Both the position numbers and the translations under genes were made by a program. A DNA stretch of 62,634 bases, filler included, from Choristocarpus tenellus KU-1152 (taxonomy: Eukaryota; Protista; Phaeophyceae), in the NCBI GenBank assembly GCA_964200185.2. It is 13 parts of 13 records of this genome, joined end to end, with 100 filler letters (N's around TTAATTAATTAA, not from the genome) between each part and the next. Parts side by side here need not be neighbours in the genome. Positions count along the whole stretch, not along the records: positions 1 to 4,270 come from CAXNAD020015367.1; positions 4,371 to 10,638 come from CAXNAD020008522.1; positions 10,739 to 17,211 come from CAXNAD020008065.1; 10 more parts are not named here. One strand, written 5' to 3'. Under the pieces are notes generated by a model. The model did not search any database, was not told where the DNA came from, and worked only from the letters and a program-made list of their open reading frames with translations. How positions within the stretch are numbered: position 1 is the first letter of the stretch; every line of letters begins with the position of its first letter. This document shows positions 1 through 10,955 of this stretch, piece by piece.

Positions 1-43
1 CCCAAATGGACAGCCGCCACCCCCCCTCCAGATACTTTGAGTC
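1..43 (+). mobile_element. MITE family B, right end (contig start)
   Basis: AATGGACAGCCGCCACCCCCCTCCAGATACTTTGAGTC matches the right end of the complete copy at 27546-27727. Confidence 0.75.
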
Positions 44-56
44 AAAACCCCTCACA

Positions 57-369
57 TAGTCAAAGTAAAAGAGATGTACCCAAGTTTGTATTTGAAGAAT
101 GCTGTCATTAAAGTGCGAATTCGGCTTTTGTGCTAATAATGTGTTATATTTTCCGAATTGCGTTGAAAAACTTCAAAAAAAAAAAGAAAAATCAACTCAC
201 TCAAGTCATACTTGACACTCCGTTCATAGAAACGGTGGTGAATTGCAAGAGATTGAAGAACTGGCTTTATGCAGAACGGTCTAAATCTGAGGTGAATTGC
301 AAGAGATTGAAGAACTGGCTTATAATGCAGAACGGTCTAAATCTGAGCACCTCTCGTTTGCTTTGAGTC
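57..369 (+). mobile_element. MITE family C with internal ~54-bp tandem duplication
   Basis: TIR-like ends TAGTCAAAGTAAAAGAGATGTAC ... CACCTCTCGTTTGCTTTGAGTC; 237-290 is duplicated at 291-346; interior resembles 27226-27489. Confidence 0.75.
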
Positions 370-627
370 AAAGTATCTTAGAGGGTAGCCGCGTCCTTTT
401 GGGACCCAAAATCCAATCAATGTTGCGAATTTGATGTAATTTTGGCTATCATGTTTGTGAGGAGATGTCAGTATCCTTGTTCTAAACACCCCTCTTTTCA
501 TTATGTATACATTTTACCTACTCTGAAACATTTTGGAGTAGGAAAATGTCATTAAAAAACCCCATGGGAAGCCAAGCCTCAAATGGACAAATAGGGCAAA
601 CTCGTACCCTCTAATCTACTTTTACCC
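365..627 (+). mobile_element. MITE family A
   Basis: GAGTCAAAGTATCTTAGAGGGTA ... TACCCTCTAATCTACTTTTACCC; interior matches the other A copies. Confidence 0.85.
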
Positions 628-899
628 TTTGGCTCACACGCAAAATCAGCCGAGTGTAGTCCGTGACTAGCTACATGCAGCATAAACAAATATATGACAA
701 GTAACATTATCATATGTTGTGTGTTGCAATGATGGTGATGCTTATGCCTGAGTATTGTATGTGGGCAGAGCATATAATATCCAGACAGAGGACTCTGGAC
801 AGAGTAAAATGTTCTAAATAAAGGAAGGCATCATTGCTTCCACTCAAGAAGGGGGCATAAACACAACACATCGACGGAGCTTGGATCATAACCACAGTC

Positions 900-1275
900 G
901 CCGTAGATGATATGTGGCAGATCAAAGAAAGAGCTGCTACAAGAGAGGTACTTACCGTTTGGAGCAATTATAAAACATTAGGGTGAGACGGCAAGAGAGT
1001 AGCAAGTTTTATAATTAAATCGGCTAAAAAAATTAAGATAATTGATCTGATGGTACTACTATCAGCGCACAAGGGGACGCTCGCGAAAAAGGTGCTGGTC
1101 GCTGAGTGGCACCTGGCGCCGTGAGGCAAAAGCTCCAAAGCCTTGGCAGGTAGATCCGGACCCACGAAAAGAGAAATGTGTAGCGAGTTCTGGGTGGTGG
1201 CATCTTGTGACAGGTGTGTGGTTCTGTAACCTCCGACACGTTCAGTAGTAGTCACACTTCTCCTTGCATCGTGAT
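900..1275 (+). pseudogene. Possible Ty1/Copia reverse transcriptase N-terminal relic
   Basis: With frameshifts reads KKIKIN*SDGT..HKGTLAKKG (cf. FKIK..DG.I..YKARLVAKG) and PPTRSVVVTLLLA (cf. PTAR..S.R.LLA); heavily decayed. Confidence 0.4.
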
Positions 1276-1407
1276 CTTTTTTAAAGGAAAACCAAACCTT
1301 TTCAGTTCAGTTATCAGGTTGTTCCAATTAATCATCGCAAAGGGGGGATGCAGTTTCTGTAGCAAGTTACCTAGATGTGTCAGAGATCTACAATGAAATC
1401 AAGGGAA

Positions 1408-1553
1408 GACCCGAAGGGTTTAAGAGGGTAAGGTCGCGTCCGTTCAGGGTCATAAATCCAATGTTACGATTTTGATTCATTTTGGCTATCGTGTTTGCTA
1501 GCAAGTAACGGACAAACAGGACAAAACTCCTACCCTTTTAAATGCCTTGACTC
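1408..1553 (+). mobile_element. MITE family A, internally deleted and diverged
   Basis: Both diverged termini are present (..AAGAGGGTAAGGTCGCGTCC.. and GGACAAACAGGACAAAACTCCTACCC..TTGACTC); the middle is missing. Confidence 0.65.
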
Positions 1554-2158
1554 AAAGCTCGTGAGATACCAGTCATGTACTTCTGGTCAATGTCGTCATT
1601 GGACAACCCCATGTGACATGGTAAGGGGGAGCAACGCGAACAATAATCTGTCACTCACCTGGAGAAATACCACAGGCTTCTCACCCCCCGTCAATCATTT
1701 ACTAACCCATCTTGAGGGACATGATCATCACCAATCGGGTGGTCTTACCGTGTCCAATTAATTGTTTGCAATGGATAAGTGTGTGTGTGTACGTGTGTGT
1801 GTTAGACATGCATTTTGGCTCGTGTTTACACTACTCGTGCTAAATAAGCGCTAGTGGCACTAGGTACTCGAACAGCACAGTATTGTAGTGCATGCGAACC
1901 AGGCGATGAAACGGTCAACCTTGATACGTACCTGCATACTGTTGATGTTATTATGGTATAATTTAATAATACCAACTTCGGCTCTTGTGTATACTAGGGA
2001 CCCCACCTACATTGACGACGACCTTCTGTGCCCCAACCCGTGCGTTTGTTTTGGGCCTCAAACAATCTGCACTTGGAGGTGTACCCTTCCACATCCACTG
2101 AGCCCACGACTGGTGGCACACTTTCGTCTGGCATATGCGCGCACACCATTCAAATAAT

Positions 2159-2433
2159 GAGACAAGGTAAACAAGAGGTAACCGTTTTGCATTTTATTGT
2201 CATTTCCCAAATCTTTCACCATTCACCTCGTATTTCTATATATGAATTTCTAAGTTCACTTGATAGCTTTGATTTATCTTATGTTCGAAAGTTTTCTACG
2301 GGATTCAGAAAACGTCCTACGCATATTTTTATTATTATTATTCCCTCTAACATTTTGGAGGTGTCTCAGGGGTTTTTTATTTATAGGTATCCTTTAGAAT
2401 GGAACTCTGAGTACCTCTCGTTTACTTTGACGC
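2159..2433 (-). mobile_element. MITE family C with 3-bp TSD AAT
   Basis: AAT|GAGACAAGGTAAACAAGAGGTA ... GTACCTCTCGTTTACTTTGACGC|AAT. Confidence 0.8.
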
Positions 2434-2734
2434 AATAATAATATATTTTGAAGGATACATACAACCCGTTGGTTATGGCTGGGACTCATCCAAAACAACC
2501 GGAGATGCCACTATGAATACATTCCAATGCATAGCTTCAAGCATATCAAAACCGGTTTTCGTTCTGTGACACTACTAGGCTATTTATCGACTACTACAAT
2601 TGAAGATGTTTAACTACCTCTAGACGAACCACCAGGGAAGATGAAAGCATATCGCTAAACAAGCGATCACACTCTATTCTTGTCCCATAACCCATGTCAA
2701 CTGTGCACGTAGACTTCACGCGCGAAAATACACT

Positions 2735-2992
2735 GAGCAAAAGTAAACGAGAGGTACCCAGGTTTTTGTCGTTTGCATTTATTTCAAGCATTTTTTTCAA
2801 TCTTTTACAACTAACCCATACTTCTATGGATGAAGTTCTAAGTTTGACTTGAGAGTTTATAATTCTCTTTTGTTTGAAAATTTTCCAACACAATTTAGAA
2901 ATATCGTCTACACATTTGTGAAGTCGAATTTTTCGCGTATCTGCCAGCATCCTTAGAATGGAACCCTGGGTACCTCTCGTTTACTTTGACTC
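2735..2992 (-). mobile_element. MITE family C with 3-bp TSD ACT
   Basis: ACT|GAGCAAAAGTAAACGAGAGGTACCCAGG ... CCTGGGTACCTCTCGTTTACTTTGACTC|ACT. Confidence 0.88.
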
Positions 2993-3283
2993 ACTCGTAC
3001 ACGTTGATTTAATAGCATACTCAAACAGCGACTCGCCCCAGGGGGCTATTAGGTTAGGAGTTTCGCGTCTTACTGCGTTCGGAAATCATGTGCTCGATTG
3101 TCTCCGATTGTACAACAAATTTTGGATCAGTTATTGTCATGCTTACCTATTATTAGAAATTTGCTCGCCTGTTGAGAAAGAAGGCTTCTTCTGTCTAACA
3201 CAACTTATTACTAGTGGATTGATAGTTTACTAAATGATCATCGTGATGAAAGGACGCCCTTGCTTCCCTCGCGTACAGCTGTA

Positions 3284-3287
<4 letters not shown>

Positions 3288-3315
<28 letters not shown>
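3288..3315. repeat. (TG)n microsatellite
   Basis: About 14 TG units. Confidence 0.9.
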
Positions 3316-3317
<2 letters not shown>

Positions 3318-3460
3318 AGCACCCACCTTCATCTTGCGCATGGTGTTCTTTGTTGGTTGCTATGTTATGTATGACAGGTAGGTAGGTTTTGTTTTGACAC
3401 CGTAGTGTGTGTGTGAGTGTGTGCCTATCTCCAGTAACCAGCTTGTGGACATGGACTAAT

Positions 3461-3719
3461 GAACCAAACCAATTGAGCGGTAGGCAGGTTTGGACCCTTT
3501 TGCATTCTAAGTCGTCTTTCTTACCCTGTACAATACAATCTATTTCAATGCTTTATGTGCACAATAGTGTGCGCAAAATTGATATTTTCCCTTTCAATAC
3601 ACAAAGCAACACCACAATTCACCAAAGGTTCTTTCTGGAATTGCACAAAAGGGAATCTTCTTCCCATTTCTTGGGATCCTAAAAATGCAACTCTGCCTAC
3701 CTCTCAGTCAGTTTGACTC
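3461..3719 (+). mobile_element. MITE family D
   Basis: GAACCAAACCAATTGAGCGGTAGGCAG ... CTGCCTACCTCTCAGTCAGTTTGACTC; flanks AAT/ACT; interior similar to 7190, 7556 and 51982. Confidence 0.8.
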
Positions 3720-4195
3720 ACTACCACCCATCGACTCCGGGGAGTCTGAAATCGTATGTGATGCAGTCAAGAAACTGGTCAGTCATTTATCTTCCCTCAA
3801 GAGTTGTCTCCATCTACCCACCAATCTGGTGTACCAGCTTGTTGAGACAGGGAGAAGCGAGCGGTTTGGAAAGCAAGAGTTTATTTTAACAATTATCTAT
3901 CTCTTGTCTAATATTATCATCATATATACAAAGGTAGATTATCATTTTGGGGGGGTGCAGTGAGGCAATGCTGGAATGGAGACCATACTAGACCTCCACA
4001 TGTACATGATGACAGAGCTCATCGTGCCCTCTGCCAGTGGCTACTAAGAATAAAGACAAGACAGACACCTTGGCTTGCTCCCAGCCGGAAGGGACCCACT
4101 AGTACTACTACTTGCTGAAGGACAAGTCTAGTGTTGCTGCAGCCCGACCTACACACTGCTACTCTATATGGTCTGCGTGGCGTACCATACCATCT

Positions 4196-4270
4196 GACCC
4201 AAAGTATCTGGGGGGGGGGGGGGGTCTACACCGGGGGCCATTTGGGTCAAAATCAGGAAAAGTGCATTAT
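4196..4270 (+). mobile_element. MITE family B, left end, truncated by gap
   Basis: GACCCAAAGTATCTG(G)n TCTACACCGGGGGCCATTTGGG. Confidence 0.75.
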
Positions 4271-4370
4271 NNNNNNNNNNNNNNNNNNNNNNNNNNNNNN
4301 NNNNNNNNNNNNNNTTAATTAATTAANNNNNNNNNNNNNNNNNNNNNNNNNNNNNNNNNNNNNNNNNNNN
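4271..4370. other. Artificial contig linker, first of 12 (others start at 10639, 17212, 20206, 30909, 37609, 41124, 43760, 46657, 49814, 54543, 59946)
   Basis: 44 N + TTAATTAATTAA (stops in all six frames) + 44 N, the same each time. Confidence 0.98.
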
Positions 4371-4440
4371 AACTCGTGGGAAACCAAGCCCGTAACGGAC
4401 AAACAGGGCAAAACTCGTACCCTCTAAGATACTTTCACTC
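4371..4440 (+). mobile_element. MITE family A, right end
   Basis: GGACAAACAGGGCAAAACTCGTACCCTCTAAGATACTTTCACTC. Confidence 0.85.
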
Positions 4441-4807
4441 AGGAATAGTTTGGATTTTATTCAGCTTGAATTTACTCTGGTGCTACATTATGCCACTAGT
4501 TCTTCTCGCACAGAGAGCACATCGATATTTGACACCACTTTATTTCTGGATTTTCAAGCGAACGAGGAGATAATATATTTCCATGTTTGTACAGCATATC
4601 AGAGAGCCGATGTGGATCATTGTGTTATTGTAAAATTGTCACCACTGTTCTAAACAGTGTTAACTTGCTGATTTTTCTCCGCACAGGAACATGTTGTATT
4701 TGACTATGACTTGCACAAAGAATTTTCACATCCATGCATCTCCCCTGCCCACAGAACAAATGCACAATGGAAGAACTCCTTAAAAGGTCAGTCACACTGA
4801 CCACCAT

Positions 4808-5176
4808 GTGAAATCAAGTCAGCGCTTGGAAAGTCTGAGAAATGACGTAGAGTACTTCTTGGGAATACTCAAAGGCCGCTTCCATATCCTGAAGTTGGCA
4901 CTAGAGTTCCCGAGTGAGGAGAGATTCAACATCATATTATACCCGTGCTGTGTTCTCCATAATATGCTTCACACGTATGATGTATTAGATCGGTGTGAGC
5001 ACGGGGTGGACTGCATGACACTTGTGTCACTGATTCTTCCCCCAAACACGATGGTATGGCGTGGGGGGAAGGTGGAACTACAGAAGCTGTTGAAGTGGAG
5101 GAGGATTTTTCATTATCAATGGGAGACACTGGCAGTCAACTTGGGGTATAGAAATGGATGTGAACAATTGAAGTGA
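4808..5176 (+). pseudogene. PIF/Harbinger-type DDE transposase, C-terminal fragment
   Basis: SQRLESLRNDVEYFLGILKGRFHILK...CCVLHNML matches the DDE_Tnp_4/Plant_tran signature R..VE..FG.LK.RF.IL...CC.LHN; N-terminal part absent. Confidence 0.8.
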
Positions 5177-7189
5177 CTCCGGGGTTCAACTACCCCTACG
5201 GACTCTTGAATGTCATGGGGTCCTTGGGGCGGTGTTAAGATTGAGGGGATGTGTAGGGGAGCAGGTGGAAGGAGGATGTCAACAGGAAGTAGCAGATGTT
5301 TTGTTCCTCACCAACCATGGTACTTGGCTTATTGTGTGCCTTGTCATTAACTCAACATGATAAAATAATTAATCAGAACCAATTGTCAATAATCACCTCA
5401 AGTGTCAAGAAGCACTGTCATTGAGATCCAGCTTAACTCAGGATGGCTGAGTAGGCGGTCATGCCATGCTATAAAGTGCTTTCCCGATTTTTAAAGGAGA
5501 CTGGAGGTTAGGGAAGAAATCTGCTTTCAGTCCAAGTTAAACTAATATCTATGTATACATCATTTTGAATTGCTGTAATGGTACATCACACTATTGGCTA
5601 CCCCCACCTCCTTCTCCCTTTCTGAATCCTACCCCCCAGCTCCATCCCCTCAGGCATTGTTTCAGATATTTTCAATTTTCTCCAACACTGTACGCTGGAA
5701 AAAAGTATAATTCTCTTTCCTCCAGATCAAGGACCAGAAATCACTGGAGAAATAAGAGAGACCTATTCTTCTCCATCCACCTCCTTACGAGATGGATTCT
5801 TTCAGAATAATGGACTTCGCCTTTCTGCAGAGGTTCACTTTTCTTTCTTGTAAGAGTTGGGCTAACAAGTAAAATTAGGTTAAAAAAATTCAGTGTACTC
5901 GACCATAGTCAGACCGTTGCCTGAAGCATATCTGGCAAAGCCCGCTTTGCATGGCCCAGCGTCGAGTGTCATGCTGTGCCACATGGGAATTAGGCCTCCC
6001 ACCATTTAAGACCCCCCCCCAGAGGTTAATTTTTTGTGGTATTCTTCTTTCTATGCTTTTTCCCCACTTCTAGATTACATACACACTTTGATGTATTGTG
6101 TGCGAAACGTTTTGTACATATATTATGTATGTTTTCCAGAAGAAGGGACAGAGGAAGAGCGAGGGCATCACGGAATAAAAAGTTCTATGTTCAACATGTA
6201 TTGCACCTGTATCTGTTTGTGTAGGTTTGTGTGTGTGGCTACAAATTTTTTGCTCCTTTAGTCTTTCTTGGCAGGCTCCCATGCGTTCACCATCATCCAA
6301 CCAATTGTTTGCAAGGGAAGATATGGAGCTGCACAAAACCTAGGTCCAGCCTGCTCGTGCTTAGGTCGCAGTTTTCCCAGTTGTTGTTGCACTTCTGACT
6401 TTACTTGTTGTGTAGCAGGAATGCCTAAATGCATTTGGCATGCTTGGCTAGGGATGGATCTTTTGAGCATGTTATTGTAAGCTCCACTGTCCATATCAAC
6501 TTTGGAAGCCCTCATTCTGCATTGAAGGCATCAGCCTCTACGTATGCTGCTTCCTCCATATGTTCTCTGACTGCGTGTGTGTTCCAACATCCCAGTACCA
6601 GTTACTATGCTCCCCTCACATATTGCAAGGGAAGCTCTTACGAGCCCCTTGAGTCTCTTAAAGGAGGACTGTCCTGCTCATCACAGACAGTATGTAGGTG
6701 TGGGCTTTGTTCCACCACAGGACTAATTTCTGTATCCTCTGGTGCGTCCTTGTCCTTCACAATACCTAGAACTTCTAACTCCACCTGCCTACAATACTCG
6801 TCATCGTGCTCATTATCTGAAACTCGCAAGAGTTTCGGTTGTAGGGTCCAGATACGTAGCTAGGACCTACTTCCATTTAAACCCTCTGGACTGCCTGTTC
6901 TCTCCCTCAGAATACTGGACATATTCGTCCCTGTACCAAAGCGATTAACAAAATCGCGCAACATCGCACTTGTGTGCTGGTACTCAGCATTTTTTGGTTC
7001 CATCTGTTCAGGGGTGGTGGCTTTGAAGGCGCTGCGGGCTTGCACTGCCTGCTCCATCTCCACTTCATACGGCATAGATGTTGGGGTTAGGGTTACAGAT
7101 ACTGGCATCCAGAGGATGTGAAGGAAGAAGGAATGAGGTATATGTGACAGATATCAATAAGCAACACGAAAGACGTTGCACACAGTATT

Positions 7190-7373
7190 GAGCCAAATGA
7201 ATTGAGAGGTAGGCATAACAGTGTGGACAAAATTGATATTCCCCCTTTCCACACACAAAGTGACACAACAAGTAAGTCAGGGCTCTCTCTGTAAATGTAC
7301 AAAATGAACTCTTTTTGCCCTCTCGCCAAGTCTTTAAAATGCAATCCTGCCTACCTCTCAATTCGTTTGGCTC
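7190..7373 (+). mobile_element. MITE family D, short variant with near-perfect 26-bp TIR
   Basis: GAGCCAAATGAATTGAGAGGTAGGCA ... TGCCTACCTCTCAATTCGTTTGGCTC; flanks ATT/GTT. Confidence 0.85.
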
Positions 7374-7555
7374 GTTTGTCAATCGGCTTGACTGGTGGCA
7401 GGTGATCTGTAGGTTTCGTTCCTCCTAGAAGCGCTTCCATTTTCTATTTTATTCTGGAGTACATTCATATTCCAATTTCTAGCCTCCCACTCGAATGTCG
7501 ACATACGTTATGGGTGACCATCAAAAATATTTTCTTGAGGAAGGATGGCAGGTTT

Positions 7556-7815
7556 GAGTCAAAGTTATGGAGATGTAGACAAGGTTGCATTGTAAGGATC
7601 CCGAGAAATGGAAAAAAGACGCTATTTGATACAACTGTAGAAAAATAAAATTACTGAAGTGTGGTATCACTTGATGTATGTTAAGGGGGGATATTAATTT
7701 TTCGTGCACTATTGTGCACACAAAGCATCGAAATAGGATGTATTTCACAAGGTAGCGAACATGGCTTAGAATACAAAAGGGTCCAAATCTGCCTTCCTCT
7801 CAATTACTTTGGTTC
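7556..7815 (-). mobile_element. MITE family D, diverged, reverse orientation
   Basis: GAGTCAAAG ... CTGCCTTCCTCTCAATTACTTTGGTTC; removing it plus one 3-bp flank restores the hAT frame FLYF-KPAI. Confidence 0.75.
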
Positions 7816-8647
7816 TTAGAAGTACAGGAAGCGGTCCACCATGGAGTAAGTGGATCACCAACGAGTCAGCATACATTCTGTATCGCTTTCTTTATATTTT
7901 AATCCTTAGCATCCTCTACTTCTCCTCCAAGCACTCCTTGCACTGGTTAAACTTTCAACAGGCGCCAGCAGCTCTTTGATCTGATGCCATGGCATCTCTT
8001 ACCCTTCCCCGTTGAATGTTATAGCAGCCACACACTCCAAACGTAGGCATGTACAGTTGTTGCTTGTGGTACGGTGGTCTTCCACCTTCAGCTAGGGACC
8101 CAACTTGATCACTGATCAGGGCAGATCCTGTATCTTTAACTGACCCCTTCACGTTCCTTGCTATCATCCTCCAAACTTAGTAGGGCATATCCTGAGATGG
8201 GTCAATGTCTTTCTCGTGTAAATAAAATATCCTCACCGTGGTCAGAGTACTCGGGCACACAATGACTTCTAATGCAGTCCTATACTTCGAAGTATACGTC
8301 TATGATGCTTGTGGGTTTGTTCATGTCCCTATTTTTGTCCTTCCCCGCAAAATACTCCAGCGAAGAAGAACAAAAGATAATCATTGGTCCCAACAATTTT
8401 TGTTTTTAATAAACTGCGAATTAAGTGAATTGGACCAATGCAATCACTATAATTAACAAAGACTAAAACATCCAGAATCTATCTATGTATAGTATCAAGA
8501 ATTATCGGAAAGATTGTTGTGTTTGTATGAGATTTTGTAGATGGAAATAATGTTACTATTGTTCTTTCGTTTTCTTCAAATTTCTCCAACGGGTCCCAAA
8601 CCCCTTAACAATGGTCAATAGAAGACAATACAAGTGATATATACACG

Positions 8648-8870
8648 GGTGATGACCGACTTCCCAAGGTCTTGATGTTTGGAGAATTGGTGCCTGTAAC
8701 ATGAAAGTAATGTGGACAGGAGAAGAACCATTGGTGGATGTACCTGCAAGACAACTTTGAAAAGTTTAGGATCACTCCTTAGGTGTGTGTGTATACACAG
8801 CTGGTGGTCCTACAAGTTGAGGACTGTTTAAGGAAGATGGATCTGCAAGGTATAGGCCATGAGTTAGCGA
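8648..8870 (+). pseudogene. RTE-clade LINE ORF C-terminal relic
   Basis: DDRLPKVLMFGELV...GQEKNHWWMYLQDNFEKFRI, like the RTE C-terminus RLPK..MFGEL...GQ.K.W...L.DD...FGI. Confidence 0.7.
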
Positions 8871-10463
8871 TAGTAGGTAAGACGTATTATCTTTGTGTCA
8901 TTGCCAACAAACACAACCTCTGCGACTCCCGTTTGCCTTTTTGTTGATGTTCAAGAACGTACCAGGGATAAGTTGCTTAATATATAGAACAATTATCTCA
9001 ACTTCTAGAACCTCGCTTGAGTTCTGTATGGGTGATTAGGGTATGCGATTCTAGTATAGTCGAAGAGGTATGGTGTAGAAGAGTTGATTGCCTCCTAAGT
9101 GAAAATATCTATTTCTGTTGGTAGGGAGTAATGTTTTCTACCCACCTATCGTGACAATTTGACAGTGTTACGAGGAATACAATATTATTTTCAGAGAGAA
9201 AATGCGGTACTGACCGAAGAATGTATATTATTATGCGCTGAAAGTCGTACTACTTATCCACCTGTCTCAGTAACGCTTGAAAGTTTGCACGATCAGTGAT
9301 GTATTGTGGTTGAAATTAAAGTAACTGAAAAGGTGTGTATCGCCTACAATATAATATGTAGGTCGAGGTCTTGATTTAATGTTATTATTAGCATATAGTA
9401 CAGTATTGTAGCAAAAATTAAATAGAGAATAAGCGATGTTATCCTTCAGTCAATGGCATCATGCACTCAACCTATTGGTGAGTCTCTACTATTGTGAACC
9501 GTAACGATTGAATCGGTTGGATTCGATAAAATTGCAATTTATTCGAAACCTGAAATGTATGATCGATTATAACCCTATAATTTTGCTTCCCTGAAATGCT
9601 TGGGAGGGTTAAGGACAGACACAACACAGGTACGCAAACAACCACAAACGCATCATAAAGATATATAGGACCACGTAATAAACCATGATGTGCCCAGGTC
9701 AGTGAAGGTGGGTACCTACACGAGTAGGATGTTGACTGATCTCCAGGATATGGCCTAACCACGTGTGGAGGATGGTGGGAAGGAAGGTGAAGGGTCAGGT
9801 GAAGATTTAGAGTCTGCATTGAAATAAAACAGTTTGAGTCGTCATCGGTTAAGTTGGGTCGTTGCTGGACGAGGAAGATCACCATATCACGATTCAATAC
9901 TTCATAGATCTACGTTTGGAGTGTATGGCTGGTATTATAGAGTTCAGCACAGAAGGGATAAATAATGCCTGAAATCAACTCAGGTCGCTGTTGGTGGTTA
10001 TTCAAAGTCCAGCCAGAGCAAGGAACACTTGGAGGAGATATGCAGGATGTCAAGGATTGAGACAAAGGAAGTGACGCAGGATGTATACCAACTCGTTGGT
10101 CATCCACTACTATAAAATGTTCCATGTTGGACCGCGTCCTGTACGTTGTCAAATCTACCATCATTCTTCAAGAGAATAGTGATGGTCACCGACAATGTAT
10201 GTTGAGATTTGAGTTGGAGGCAAGCAGTTGGAATAGGAATGTATTCCACGGTAAAACAGAAATCGCAAGTTCCTTTTGGGAGGAATGAAGTGTAGAAGTC
10301 GTGTGTTAAGTGTTTAAACATCGTGTCTTGATATAGTCTCTATCACAAATACCCCGTTATGTCTTCCTTTACATCACATGCGTGATAGTGTCTCTAACTG
10401 TCCCCATTGTCATGTACGATGTATGAGTGGAGGTGGAGAAAGCAATGCAAGCCCGCAACACCA

Positions 10464-10638
10464 CGGTGTCCATTTGGGCTGACCAGGAAGGGTGCACTTA
10501 CATTATCCAACCGACACATGCAACCAAATCACCCAAAATCTACGACATGGAAAACTGTGCCCCAAATGGACAGCACCGCCCACCCGCCCCCCCCACCCCC
10601 CCAACCCTAACACCACCAACGCACCCACCCCCCAACAC
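10464..10638 (+). mobile_element. MITE family B, partial, at contig end
   Basis: GGTGTCCATTTGGG...CCAAATCACCCAAAATCTACGACATGGAAAA...AATGGACAGC matches the interior of 27546-27727. Confidence 0.7.
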
Positions 10639-10780
10639 NNNNNNNNNNNNNNNNNNNNNNNNNNNNNNNNNNNNNNNNNNNNTTAATTAATTAANNNNNN
10701 NNNNNNNNNNNNNNNNNNNNNNNNNNNNNNNNNNNNNNGGGTCCGGGGCCTGCACCTGAGGTGTCCGACTCCCCACGGAC

Positions 10781-10924
10781 TTTAGAAAACCCCACTAATC
10801 CCTCTTTTCCAACACGCCAGGTCGTCTCGATCACATAGATAGTACCAGTATTTGGATGTACAATGCGATAGGCTGTGTTGGTCGCCTATGGGTAGCACAA
10901 AGTGTAGTGCAGAAGGCAGCGGGG

Positions 10925-10955
<31 letters not shown>

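Larger units (their letters stand above)
6270..8260 (-). pseudogene. hAT transposase pseudogene interrupted by two family-D MITEs
   Basis: Motifs in hAT order on the minus strand: CTCLRLE (CxxH, ~8050), TRW*STYSMVDRFLYF-KPAI (~7865-7540), STFEWE...LLGGTK (~7500-7420), ATYLDPTT (~6850), LGIPAT (dimerisation domain, ~6420); stops and frameshifts. Confidence 0.8.

Noticed and set aside
4315-4326. Recurrent TTAATTAATTAA palindrome between N runs
   Set aside because: Artificial six-frame-stop linker, not biological.
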